Part shown: positions 19,335 to 27,324 of the stretch, one piece after another | Position numbering within the stretch: position 1 is the stretch's first letter | Layout of the letters: the number at the start of each line of letters is the position of its first letter | Origin: Gemmatimonadaceae bacterium | Lineage (GTDB): Bacteria; Gemmatimonadota; Gemmatimonadetes; Gemmatimonadales; Gemmatimonadaceae | NCBI GenBank assembly: GCA_034666285.1 | Contig: JAXDME010000278.1 | Span: forward strand, 1 to 46,305 | Direction: 5' to 3' | Length of the DNA stretch: 46,305 bases | Translations under genes and position numbers: made by a program | Notes under the pieces: model-generated | What the model was told of the DNA's origin: nothing | The model's database searches: none | What the model saw: the letters and a program-made list of their open reading frames with translations, nothing else

Positions 19335-20515
19335 CCCTGACACCAGCCTTTCCAGCCTTGCATTAGCGGTCCGTCCGCGATGTCCCACAACAAATAGGCA
19401 CGAGCGAGCGTCGAGCGCGTGTCGCGCTGCGTCAGCGGGATGTCGGCACCCAGGCCCAGGCGAACGTGCTGTAGCGCGCTAAGCGAGACCTGGAATTGCG
19501 GCACAACGCTCCAGTCGACCGGCGCACCTACGCCGAGGTCGTGCGACGCAGTCAGCTCGACAATCGGCGACCAGATGCGCGTGATCGGTCCGAGGCCGAA
19601 AGTCTTGCCGAGCGCGCCGCCGAAGTATGTCGACCGCGGCGCGCGAGACAAATCGACTGGCACTGTCAGACCGCCCTGAAACTGGAAGAAACCTCGTCCG
19701 GGGAATAGCTGAGCGCCGAGGATGAAGCCCTCGAACGCCGTTGTGCCGGTACCGAGTCCAATTGTTCGGTCGCCCGTTGGAAGAACTACGCCCGCCAGTC
19801 CGCTCACGATCGTGCCGCTGTTCAGGTTGGCGACGAACACGTGCTTGCCTGCGATAGAGATGTCACCCATTCCACCCGCCACCGAAGCGCCATTCGGACG
19901 CGCGACGAACCCGAACGGGATGTCGAGCTCGAGCTGACTGCGGATCCCGAAACGTTTCTCGTAGATGAGATGATTCTCGTCCGACCTCGGCGCGCGCGTT
20001 GCGAATGCGCTCGTCGCGACCCACTCATCCTCCGGAAATGCTTTCTCGGTGGTCTGCGCGAGCGCCACGTTGAACTCGCCGAGCGGATATCGACGATCCT
20101 TACACAAAGTCCGCATGTACGCGGTGACGTTTCGAATCTGCTGCGGGGTGAGCAGGTCGCGGAACGCAGGCATGATCCGGCTGAAGCCGCGCACCGGCCC
20201 GCCATCGCGAATGACCGCCGCCCAATCCACCGTCATCTCGGCAGTGGTGGCAACGCAGTCGTTGAATACTGGAAGTGGCTGCGCAAATCCCACTGTGCTT
20301 CGCGGAGCGCCCGCCCCGTCGAGGCCGTGGCACGCGGCGCAGGTCGTGCGAAAAATCTCCTCTCCTGCTTTCGGGTCGCCGAAGGGGGCGCCGATCGCAC
20401 CGCTCGCTCCCACGAGCAACGCGATAACCGGCACCGCCGCGACGAACAAAATCGCGGCGATGCGCATCGGCAACCAATATATGATTACAGCCAGGTAGGT
20501 TCGCATGTGTTCCAT
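19322..20515 (-). CDS. Monoheme cytochrome c fused to a predicted outer-membrane beta-barrel-like domain
   Basis: Signal peptide (start possibly ATG 20467); CAACH...MPAF class I cytochrome c; then ~230 aa of amphipathic strands with GMGDISIAGK and LPTGD...GLGTG. The barrel assignment is inferred. Confidence 0.7.
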   Translation of the reverse strand: MEHMRTYLAVIIYWLPMRIAAILFVAAVPVIALLVGASGAIGAPFGDPKAGEEIFRTTCAACHGLDGAGAPRSTVGFAQPLPVFNDCVATTAEMTVDWAAVIRDGGPVRGFSRIMPAFRDLLTPQQIRNVTAYMRTLCKDRRYPLGEFNVALAQTTEKAFPEDEWVATSAFATRAPRSDENHLIYEKRFGIRSQLELDIPFGFVARPNGASVAGGMGDISIAGKHVFVANLNSGTIVSGLAGVVLPTGDRTIGLGTGTTAFEGFILGAQLFPGRGFFQFQGGLTVPVDLSRAPRSTYFGGALGKTFGLGPITRIWSPIVELTASHDLGVGAPVDWSVVPQFQVSLSALQHVRLGLGADIPLTQRDTRSTLARAYLLWDIADGPLMQGWKGWCQGCEH

Positions 20516-20561
20516 TGCGAATGGCGAATGGAAGTGTGCGCACCACGAGGATCGGACACTA

Positions 20562-20577
20562 TCCTACTTTGGTAGGA
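20562..20577. promoter_or_regulatory. Putative TF site TCCTAC-TTTG-GTAGGA
   Basis: Perfect 6-bp inverted repeat with a 4-bp spacer, in the 87-bp gap upstream of the cytochrome-barrel gene. Same geometry as the other sites. Confidence 0.55.
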
Positions 20578-20602
20578 CGGGTCAGCAAGACGAAGCCGAT
20601 CG

Positions 20603-22027
20603 CTACGGAGGAGTTACCTCGATCGTTCCCATCATGCCCTTGTCTTCGTGCGAGAGTATGTGGCAGTGAAAGACGAACCTGCCGACGATCAACGGGTCGG
20701 TGAACGGGATGATTACCTTCACCTCGCCGCCGATTGGGACATCGACGATGTCGCGATGGTCGTCGACGGGTTGCGCAACGCCGTTGATCTCCACCAGCTG
20801 AAAAGGGCCCTGGTGGATGTGAAAGGTGTGCAGCTCGTCCGCCGAGTTGCGGATCGTCCACTCCTCGATTGCGCCGAGCTTGACGCGGACGTCGGTCCTG
20901 CCCGGATCGAAGGTCCTGCCGTTGATGAACAGAGTGTCACCATCCTTCGTTTCCGAGAACACGATGGTGCGCCGGTTGGTGACCTTTCCCCGGAGATCTT
21001 CGACGGACAGCAGCGCGGGAGGGAGGAGCACCGGCGTGGCCGGCGGTCCTTCCACGCGCACAGTTGCCATGACCGTACCGGCATACTGATTTCCTTCGCG
21101 CCCGGTGTCGACGTCTCCCGTCCGGAGCACGTAGACTCCCGGAGCACCGGCCGTCACGAGAACCTCCGCGCGGGCGCCCGGCGACAGCCTGACCGTGTCT
21201 GCCGTCGCTATTCTCGTCCGACGGTTCCCGTCGCGGGCCACCAGCCGAAACTGGTGGCTGTCGAGCGTGAGCACGAAGTAGAGATCGGCGGACAGATTCC
21301 CGATCCGCCACAGCTCGGTCGCGCCCGGGCGGAGCACGATCACCGGCTTTACCACGCCGTTGATGGTGCGGATGACGCGCTTGCCGATGTGGGTGATCAC
21401 GACGCGTTCATTTTCGAGCTGAAGACCTTTGAGCAGTAACAGGCGCTCCGGCACGTGGCGAAGTGTAGGGAACGAATCCAGGAGCCCATCGACAATCAGC
21501 GCTCCTGCCATACCGTTTCGGACCTGCTCGTCGGAGAAACCGTGAGTGTGCGGGTGATACCAGAAAAGTCCCGGGGGTTGATTGCCCGGAATCCGGATCT
21601 CGTAGTCCTGCGCTTGTCCCGGCGCGACGCGCAGGAAGACGTTATCAGAGTTGCCGCGCGGCGAAACCGTCAGGCCGTGAGTGTGCAGGTTCGTCGGCTC
21701 GGCAAGCGCGTTCGTCAGGCGAAGCCGGATAGTATCGCCCGGACGGACTCGCAGCGTTGGTGGTGCATAGAGCCCGTTGTAGGCCATGAGCGACGCGCGA
21801 TGTCCCGCTACCGTGACCAACGACAGCTTGGGTGTCAGCGAAGTTCGCAGCACGCCGGCCCTGCTGTTTATGACCGGCGGTTCACGAAACGTCTCCGCCG
21901 GCGCGTGCGGCTCGCGGTCATTGTTTGAAGCGGAGCTGCAGCCAGTCACGGCTAAGGCGACGAGCAGGAACACAGATCGAGTGAGTCCAACTTTTCGTCG
22001 CGACCTGATGGACACACACCTTTCCAA
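20603..22027 (-). CDS. Three-domain multicopper oxidase, lipoprotein
   Basis: All four Cu motifs present: NLHTHG, WYHPH, HTFHIH, HCHILSHEDKGMM. Lipobox AVTG-C. Exact start uncertain. Confidence 0.93.
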   Translation of the reverse strand: MERCVSIRSRRKVGLTRSVFLLVALAVTGCSSASNNDREPHAPAETFREPPVINSRAGVLRTSLTPKLSLVTVAGHRASLMAYNGLYAPPTLRVRPGDTIRLRLTNALAEPTNLHTHGLTVSPRGNSDNVFLRVAPGQAQDYEIRIPGNQPPGLFWYHPHTHGFSDEQVRNGMAGALIVDGLLDSFPTLRHVPERLLLLKGLQLENERVVITHIGKRVIRTINGVVKPVIVLRPGATELWRIGNLSADLYFVLTLDSHQFRLVARDGNRRTRIATADTVRLSPGARAEVLVTAGAPGVYVLRTGDVDTGREGNQYAGTVMATVRVEGPPATPVLLPPALLSVEDLRGKVTNRRTIVFSETKDGDTLFINGRTFDPGRTDVRVKLGAIEEWTIRNSADELHTFHIHQGPFQLVEINGVAQPVDDHRDIVDVPIGGEVKVIIPFTDPLIVGRFVFHCHILSHEDKGMMGTIEVTPP

Positions 22028-22044
22028 TCAGGGTTCTGACGAGC

Positions 22045-22593
22045 TCAAACGGGCGCCAATTCCGCGCGACGTCCTGCTTCAAACAGGAACCAGGAGCGTC
22101 GCTCGGTCTCGTCCACCCAGACCTCGATGAGGCTGGCGGTCGCGATGTCACCGTGCTCGTCGCACACATTGTGGGCCTGTCGCAAACTTCCCGCGAGCGT
22201 CCTGTTGTCCTCGGCGAGCTCGGCGAGCATGTCCGATGGCTCGACGTAGTCTGCATCATTATCCGATAGGCGCTGGGTGCGGGCGATATGGCCGATCGAT
22301 CTGATGGTGAGCCCGCCGACCTTTCGAACCCGTTCCGCGATCGGGTCGGTGATGGCGAAGATCTGATCGGCCTGCTCATCCAGCAGCAGATGGTAGTCGC
22401 GAAAGTGCGGTCCGCTCATGTGCCAGTGGAAATTCTTTGTCTTTATGTAGAGTGCGAATACATCGGCAAGAATGCCGTTCATTGCGGCCGTGATATCTCG
22501 CGTTGCGATCTGCTTGAGGTCGGTCGGCGTCGACAGCACCGCATCCCGCCTATGGCGCAGAGCTTCTGTTGTCAGCGATAGTGTCATTGTCAT
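22045..22593 (-). CDS. dps: Dps / DNA starvation-stationary phase protection ferritin-like protein
   Basis: KNFHWHMSGPHFRDYHLLLDEQ, DPIAERVR, ETERRSWFL. GAGGGA RBS. Confidence 0.93.
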   Translation of the reverse strand: MTMTLSLTTEALRHRRDAVLSTPTDLKQIATRDITAAMNGILADVFALYIKTKNFHWHMSGPHFRDYHLLLDEQADQIFAITDPIAERVRKVGGLTIRSIGHIARTQRLSDNDADYVEPSDMLAELAEDNRTLAGSLRQAHNVCDEHGDIATASLIEVWVDETERRSWFLFEAGRRAELAPV

Positions 22594-22650
22594 TGGCTGT
22601 CCCTCTCATGAATGTTGGATTGTCCTGTCGTCGGGCTCGATGGGTTAGCT

Positions 22651-22696
22651 CTGACAACCGACGGCGCCGCTGTTGGAGGCACCGTCCAGTTGTCGG
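22651..22696 (-). other. Intergenic stem-loop between the DUF4136 gene and dps
   Basis: On the - strand GACGGUGCC pairs with GGCGCCGUC (one G-U) and the outer GACAAC pairs with GUUGUC. No U-tract. Confidence 0.4.
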
Positions 22697-22708
22697 AACA
22701 GTCATTGG

Positions 22709-23368
22709 TTAGGGAGCACTTGCGAGCGGCTGCGGTGGCGCTTGCGGAAACTTCGCGACGATGGCGTTGACAACACCCTGGAGCTCACTCGAGTATGTCG
22801 CCGGATCGCTTGATACCGGCTCGACGCCCTGGCCCCGCCAGATCAGCTCGTTGGTCCGCGGGTCGGTGAAATCAACGATCACTTTTCCCTCAGTGGTCGA
22901 TGTCACGCTCGCTTGACCGCCGTAGGCCCACGGGTTCATCGCGCCATAGTATCCGGCACCGTAGTACGGCCACGCCCAGCTTCTGCGACCGCGGTAGGTG
23001 TAACGCCAACCCGGATCGAAGCTCGGGCCCCAGTATGTGGTGTCGAGCTTCTGACTGGTGCCGGCGTAATATGCGACGAGAAAATCCGCCGACTGACGCG
23101 GCGCCTGTGCGTAGCCGCGCGACTGTAGCGCCTGGGCCAGATCTCCGCGCAACGCACGATTGCTGATCGAGTTGTCGAGCATCGGATCGCTCGCGGAGAG
23201 CGGGGCCGCGTTAACGCTGCGCGCTGGCGGCGTAAGAACGTAGAAGGTGTGCAACGCGGTTAGGTCGGCGTTGGGTTCGACGGCAGTGCGCACTTGCACT
23301 CCGCCGGAGCTGCAGCCCGTAGTGATTGCCGTCGCGATGACGGCGCCGAGCAGTAGGGTGGATCGCAT
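22709..23368 (-). CDS. DUF4136-family lipoprotein
   Basis: Lipobox ITTG-C; L.SRGY...ADFLVAY; Tyr/Trp/Gly-rich insert; EGKVIVDFTDPRTNELIWRG; IVAKFP. AGGAG RBS. Confidence 0.8.
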   Translation of the reverse strand: MRSTLLLGAVIATAITTGCSSGGVQVRTAVEPNADLTALHTFYVLTPPARSVNAAPLSASDPMLDNSISNRALRGDLAQALQSRGYAQAPRQSADFLVAYYAGTSQKLDTTYWGPSFDPGWRYTYRGRRSWAWPYYGAGYYGAMNPWAYGGQASVTSTTEGKVIVDFTDPRTNELIWRGQGVEPVSSDPATYSSELQGVVNAIVAKFPQAPPQPLASAP

Positions 23369-23430
23369 CGATTACTCCTGTGTGAGTGAGTGACATCGGC
23401 AAGATCGCCGGGCGTCTGACACTCGCACCA

Positions 23431-23461
23431 TCGTCCCTTGGTATGTCGCACCTAGGTACGA
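23431..23461. promoter_or_regulatory. Tandem putative TF sites (TCGTCC-CTTG-GTATGT; TCGCAC-CTAG-GTACGA)
   Basis: 23439-23467 matches the 25974 palindrome at 24 of 29 positions. Intergenic, upstream of the DUF4136-dps-mco run. Confidence 0.65.
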
Positions 23462-23479
23462 CACGCCGCCGGGTGGTTG

Positions 23480-23851
23480 CTATCGATGCATTATCCGACC
23501 GAGCACTTCGAAGAGTGCCGAGTCGCTGAAAGGTTTGTACAACCGGGGGACGTCGCCAGCTTCGCGAGCCAGCTCCGTCGTCGCGGCATCGCGCCGTCCT
23601 GTGATGAGCACCGCTGGCAATCGGTGTCCGTTCCCGCCGAGTCCTTTGACGAGCTCTACTCCGCTCATTCCAGGCAGGTTGATGTCGGCGATGAGACAGT
23701 GCACCTGCTCTTTGCCTGAGCGGGCCAGAAAGGCCTCGGCTGATTCGAAGGTCAGTGCCTGGAATCCGGCCGATCGCAGTAACTGCTCGAGCGCGGTCCG
23801 AACTCCCGCATCATCCTCGACCACCGCGATCGTCTTGCTGCTGTTTGTCAT
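23480..23851 (-). CDS. Stand-alone response regulator receiver
   Basis: IAVVEDD, LIADINLPGMSG (phospho-Asp), LITG, YKPF; 123 aa. GAGG RBS. Confidence 0.9.
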   Translation of the reverse strand: MTNSSKTIAVVEDDAGVRTALEQLLRSAGFQALTFESAEAFLARSGKEQVHCLIADINLPGMSGVELVKGLGGNGHRLPAVLITGRRDAATTELAREAGDVPRLYKPFSDSALFEVLGRIMHR

Positions 23852-23886
23852 GCCTCAGGCTATAGGGTGTTGCAGGGTCGAAGCAA

Positions 23887-23902
23887 TGCTACCTTCGTAC
23901 GA
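23887..23902. promoter_or_regulatory. Putative TF site TGCTAC-CTTC-GTACGA
   Basis: One mismatch to the local consensus and followed by CA as in other copies. Intergenic, upstream of the receiver gene. Confidence 0.5.
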
Positions 23903-23924
23903 CAGGTTTTGTGCCGCGGGAGGT

Positions 23925-24569
23925 TCAGGATTCGTGCGCGCGAACGGAGCCGACCTGGCTATGGCCGGATGCTCTCTCGACCACCCGAACAAGCTCGGCG
24001 ACTGAATCGACCTCGAGCTTCCGCATCACGCGGCCCCGGTGCTGTTTCACTGTCTGCTCGGCGGTGCCCAGATCGGCGGCGATCTGCTTGTTCATCTTTC
24101 CTGCGACGACAAGATCCAGTACCTCGCGCTCTCGTGGGGTCAGTCGCTCGATGCGCCGCCGAGCCTCGGCCTGCTCTGAGCGGCCCGCTCTGATCAGCCG
24201 GTCGCGCTCCAGCGCGACGTCGATCGCGCCGAGGAGATCATCTTCGCGAAACGGCTTGGTCAGAAACTCGAGGGCTCCCGACTTCATGGCGCGGACGCTC
24301 ATTGGAATCGTTCCGTGCCCGGTGATGAAGATGATCGGGAGCGGCACGTCCAGATCGTTCAGCTCGTCGGGCAAGTCGAGGCCGCTACCGTCCGGCAGAC
24401 GAACATCCAGAATGAGACAGCTCGGCACGTCGTCGCGCGCTGACGCCAGGAACTCGTGCGCGGACCCGAAGGTCTCGACGCGCAGTCCGACCGATCGCAG
24501 CAGGCTGCTCAGGGAATTTCTGATGCCGGAATCATCGTCGACTACGTAAACGATTCGGCCACCGGTCAT
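23925..24569 (-). CDS. FixJ/NodW-type response regulator (REC + LuxR HTH)
   Basis: VYVVDDD, LILDVRLPDGSG, FITGHG, FLTKPF, LTPREREV...MNKQIA.DLG..EQTVKQHR. Start set at ATG 24569. Confidence 0.93.
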   Translation of the reverse strand: MTGGRIVYVVDDDSGIRNSLSSLLRSVGLRVETFGSAHEFLASARDDVPSCLILDVRLPDGSGLDLPDELNDLDVPLPIIFITGHGTIPMSVRAMKSGALEFLTKPFREDDLLGAIDVALERDRLIRAGRSEQAEARRRIERLTPREREVLDLVVAGKMNKQIAADLGTAEQTVKQHRGRVMRKLEVDSVAELVRVVERASGHSQVGSVRAHES

Positions 24570-24688
24570 CGGGCCCGTCCGATTCGTGGACACGACCGGG
24601 AGACCAACGTATGAACGAGTGGTGCGCGCATCATCCGTCCTTGCTTCGATCATATCATGCAGATAGCAGCAATCCCGCGGTCGCGATA

Positions 24689-24721
24689 TCGCACCTTAGT
24701 ACGACATACGAAAGGATTATA
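24689..24721. promoter_or_regulatory. Putative TF site TCGCAC-CTTA-GTACGA (24689-24704) plus a degenerate tandem copy; TATAAT on the - strand at 24716-24721
   Basis: AT-rich divergent region between the regulator and kinase genes. Motif match; exact -10 hexamer but no well-spaced -35. Confidence 0.55.
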
Positions 24722-24726
24722 TAACG

Positions 24727-25968
24727 TTGCGCGGGGCCGGCCGAGATTCAAGCCACCCCGGTCCAATCGAATCCCGCTTGCTTGACACCCAACGGCTGGC
24801 AACGATCTTCCCAGCTGTGCGATACGTCGTCGCGATCGTGTCTGTTGGCATCGCGCTGCTGATCTCGCGGCTCCTCGACGTCTATCTCGTCGCCGCGCCC
24901 GTATCCCTGTTGTTGTGCGCAATCATGATCAGCGGCTGGTTCGGCGGGATTCGTGGCGGATTGCTGTCGGTAGCATTGTCGGTGCTCGCCTTCGACTACT
25001 ACTACACCGCCCCGCTCCATTCGCTGTGGCCGGAGGAGAAGGAACTGCCGCGCATCCTCATCTTCGCCTTATCGGCGGTGTTCGTGGGGTGGCTCAGTGC
25101 CGCGCAAAGAAGTACGGCGGAATCCCTCAGAAACGCGCGCGATCAGCTGAGTGAAACAGTGCAGCAGCTGAGAACCGCCAACGAAACGTTGAAGGCCGAG
25201 GACGCCGAGCGCAGGCGAACAGCGGAGCAGCTGCGACAGGCACAGGCCGATCTTACGCGAGTCGGGCGCGTAACAGCGATGGGTGAGCTCACCGCTTCGC
25301 TCGCCCATGAAGTGAATCAGCCGTTGGCGGCGACGGTGATAAATGCGAACAGCTGCTCTCGCTGGCTGGCGGGAGACACGCCGAACATCGGGGAGGCTCG
25401 AGCTGCTGCCGCGCGGATCGTCCAGGAAGGCACCCGCGCCGCCGAGATCATCAGAAGGGTTCGCCTGCTTTTCACAAAGGGCGAGGAGAAGCGAGAGCCG
25501 ATCGATGTGAACGAAATAATCGACGGCATGATCGTCCTTTTGCGCGGCGAAGCGGCGCAGCATTCCGTTACGATCCACTCGGAACTGGCGACCGATCTTC
25601 CCGGGATCATGGGAGACCGCGTACAGCTCCAGCAGGTGATGATGAATTTGATAATGAACGGCATCGATGCTATGAAGGAAGCGAACGGACAGCGCGAGAT
25701 ATCAATCACGTCGCGGTGGCCGAGTCACGAACAAATCCAGGTATCAGTCAGCGATACCGGTGTGGGGCTCCCGCAGGACCAGGATCAGATCTTCAGACCG
25801 TTCTTCACCACCAAGAGCGACGGCATCGGGATGGGGCTTTCGATCAGTCGTTCGATCATCGAGTCCCACGGCGGTCGTTTGTGGGCGTCCAATGGCTCGC
25901 CGCGCGGCGCCACCTTCAACCTCACCCTGCCCGTTCCGGACACGCTCGGGGGCGGAGCGCCGCTGTGA
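24727..25968 (+). CDS. Membrane sensor histidine kinase (DUF4118-like input, FixL/NodV-like transmitter)
   Basis: Four N-terminal TMs (GWFGGIRGGLL); HEVNQPL, NLIMNG, DTGVG, FRPFFTTK, GIGMGL. Start uncertain (could be downstream of 24727). Confidence 0.9.
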   Translation: MRGAGRDSSHPGPIESRLLDTQRLATIFPAVRYVVAIVSVGIALLISRLLDVYLVAAPVSLLLCAIMISGWFGGIRGGLLSVALSVLAFDYYYTAPLHSLWPEEKELPRILIFALSAVFVGWLSAAQRSTAESLRNARDQLSETVQQLRTANETLKAEDAERRRTAEQLRQAQADLTRVGRVTAMGELTASLAHEVNQPLAATVINANSCSRWLAGDTPNIGEARAAAARIVQEGTRAAEIIRRVRLLFTKGEEKREPIDVNEIIDGMIVLLRGEAAQHSVTIHSELATDLPGIMGDRVQLQQVMMNLIMNGIDAMKEANGQREISITSRWPSHEQIQVSVSDTGVGLPQDQDQIFRPFFTTKSDGIGMGLSISRSIIESHGGRLWASNGSPRGATFNLTLPVPDTLGGGAPL

Positions 25969-25973
25969 GGGCG

Positions 25974-26003
25974 TGGTATGTCATACCTAGGTATGACATA
26001 CCA
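25974..26003. repeat. Perfect 30-bp nested palindrome TGGTATGTCATACCTAGGTATGACATACCA
   Basis: Read directly: 15-bp arms with no spacer. Each arm contains GGTATG-N-CATACC; the core is TCATAC-CTAG-GTATGA. Confidence 0.95.
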
Positions 26004-26067
26004 AATGGGGACTGCTGAATGCCGCGCCCACGGCGAAATTCGCATCGTACCGCACGGAGGCGATACG

Positions 26068-27324
26068 ATGTCGGAAAACGCCAGACGGTATGGCATTGCG
26101 CTGGTCGCGTCGGTCGTTGGTATCGGCGCGGTATTATCGCTGGGGAAGTTACTTCCTTTCGAGCCGTTCCTCCTTTTTGCGGTTCCGGTCGCGTTGACGT
26201 CCCGTTACGCCGGGCGCGGGCCGACGGCATTAACGGTTGTCCTGAGCGTGATCGGCATTGAGGCCACGCTGATACTGACGACCGGGCGGTTCAGATTCTC
26301 CGTGGGAGATCTGTGGATCCACGCGGCAATTTTCTCCCTTGTCGCGTGGTCGATAGACTCGACCACCGAAGCGCTGCGCAAAGCGCGCCGCTCCGCTGAG
26401 CGGTCCGCTGCGCATCTGGAGGACATGAACGTCGAGCTCGAGCAGCAAATGGAGCACATCCAGCTGCTATCGGACGATCTGCAGAAGACCAACGAGTCGC
26501 TGGCCGCCGCCCGCGACGTTGCAGAGAGCGCCTCACGGGCACGCGAAGAGATGCTCGCCGTCGTCGCCCATGACCTGCGCAATCCGCTCAACGTCGTGAT
26601 GATCGCGAGAGGGCTCCTGGCCGAGACGGAGCCAACCGGCGAAAGGCGCAATCAGCTGTTCGCGGTCATGCAGCGCGCCACGCAGCGGATGAACCGCCTG
26701 ATCGAAGATCTGCTCGAGGTGGTGCGGCAGGAATCGGGGCAACTGAAACTGGATTTCGAAGATGTGCCGGTGGCTTCTCTCGAAGCACAGACAATGGAGA
26801 TGTTCCAGAACTCTGCCGCGGAGAATGGTATATCCCTTCAGTTCGAGGAGACTGCACCCGGGCTGGCGGTGCGCGGAGACTCGGAGCGCATCCTGCAGAT
26901 CCTGAGCAACCTCATAGGCAATTCACTGAAGTTCGTCCCGCGAGGTGGAAGCGTCGTAGTCAAATGCGAGCGCAAAGGGACGGAAGTGGTTTTCGCCGTT
27001 ACAGATTCGGGGCCAGGCATCGCCGGCGAAGATCTCGAGCGTTTGTTCGAGAAATTCTGGCAGCGCCGTCGGTCTGACAGGCGCGGCGTTGGACTTGGAC
27101 TTTCAATTGCCCGCGGCATTGTGGAAGCTCATGGCGGGCGAATCTGGGCGGAGAGCCGTGTTGGCGACGGCTCGACGTTCTATTTCACTTTGCCGGCTGC
27201 CATCGAGTTCAGCGAAGAAGCACCGTTTTCCATGAACGGAACCCATCCTGGATCGGTCGGCAAAGCCCCGATGGGCGCGATACTGGCAGAGATGGCAGGT
27301 ACTTCTGCGACGGCGGGTGGATGA
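26068..27324 (+). CDS. Membrane sensor histidine kinase (HisKA + HATPase)
   Basis: GGAG RBS and ATG 26068; N-terminal TMs, coiled coil, HDLRNPL, NLIGNS.KF, DSGPG, GLGLSI. Confidence 0.9.
   Translation: MSENARRYGIALVASVVGIGAVLSLGKLLPFEPFLLFAVPVALTSRYAGRGPTALTVVLSVIGIEATLILTTGRFRFSVGDLWIHAAIFSLVAWSIDSTTEALRKARRSAERSAAHLEDMNVELEQQMEHIQLLSDDLQKTNESLAAARDVAESASRAREEMLAVVAHDLRNPLNVVMIARGLLAETEPTGERRNQLFAVMQRATQRMNRLIEDLLEVVRQESGQLKLDFEDVPVASLEAQTMEMFQNSAAENGISLQFEETAPGLAVRGDSERILQILSNLIGNSLKFVPRGGSVVVKCERKGTEVVFAVTDSGPGIAGEDLERLFEKFWQRRRSDRRGVGLGLSIARGIVEAHGGRIWAESRVGDGSTFYFTLPAAIEFSEEAPFSMNGTHPGSVGKAPMGAILAEMAGTSATAGG

Noticed and set aside
19322-19342. C-terminal CQGCEH as a second heme site
   Set aside because: It is CxxCxH rather than CxxCH and lies in the overlap with the next gene's RBS and start, so it is probably incidental.
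23431-26003. Similar ~30-bp palindromic sequences as CRISPR repeats or IS ends
   Set aside because: The copies are dispersed, degenerate and separated by whole genes. There are no spacers, cas genes, transposase or target duplications.
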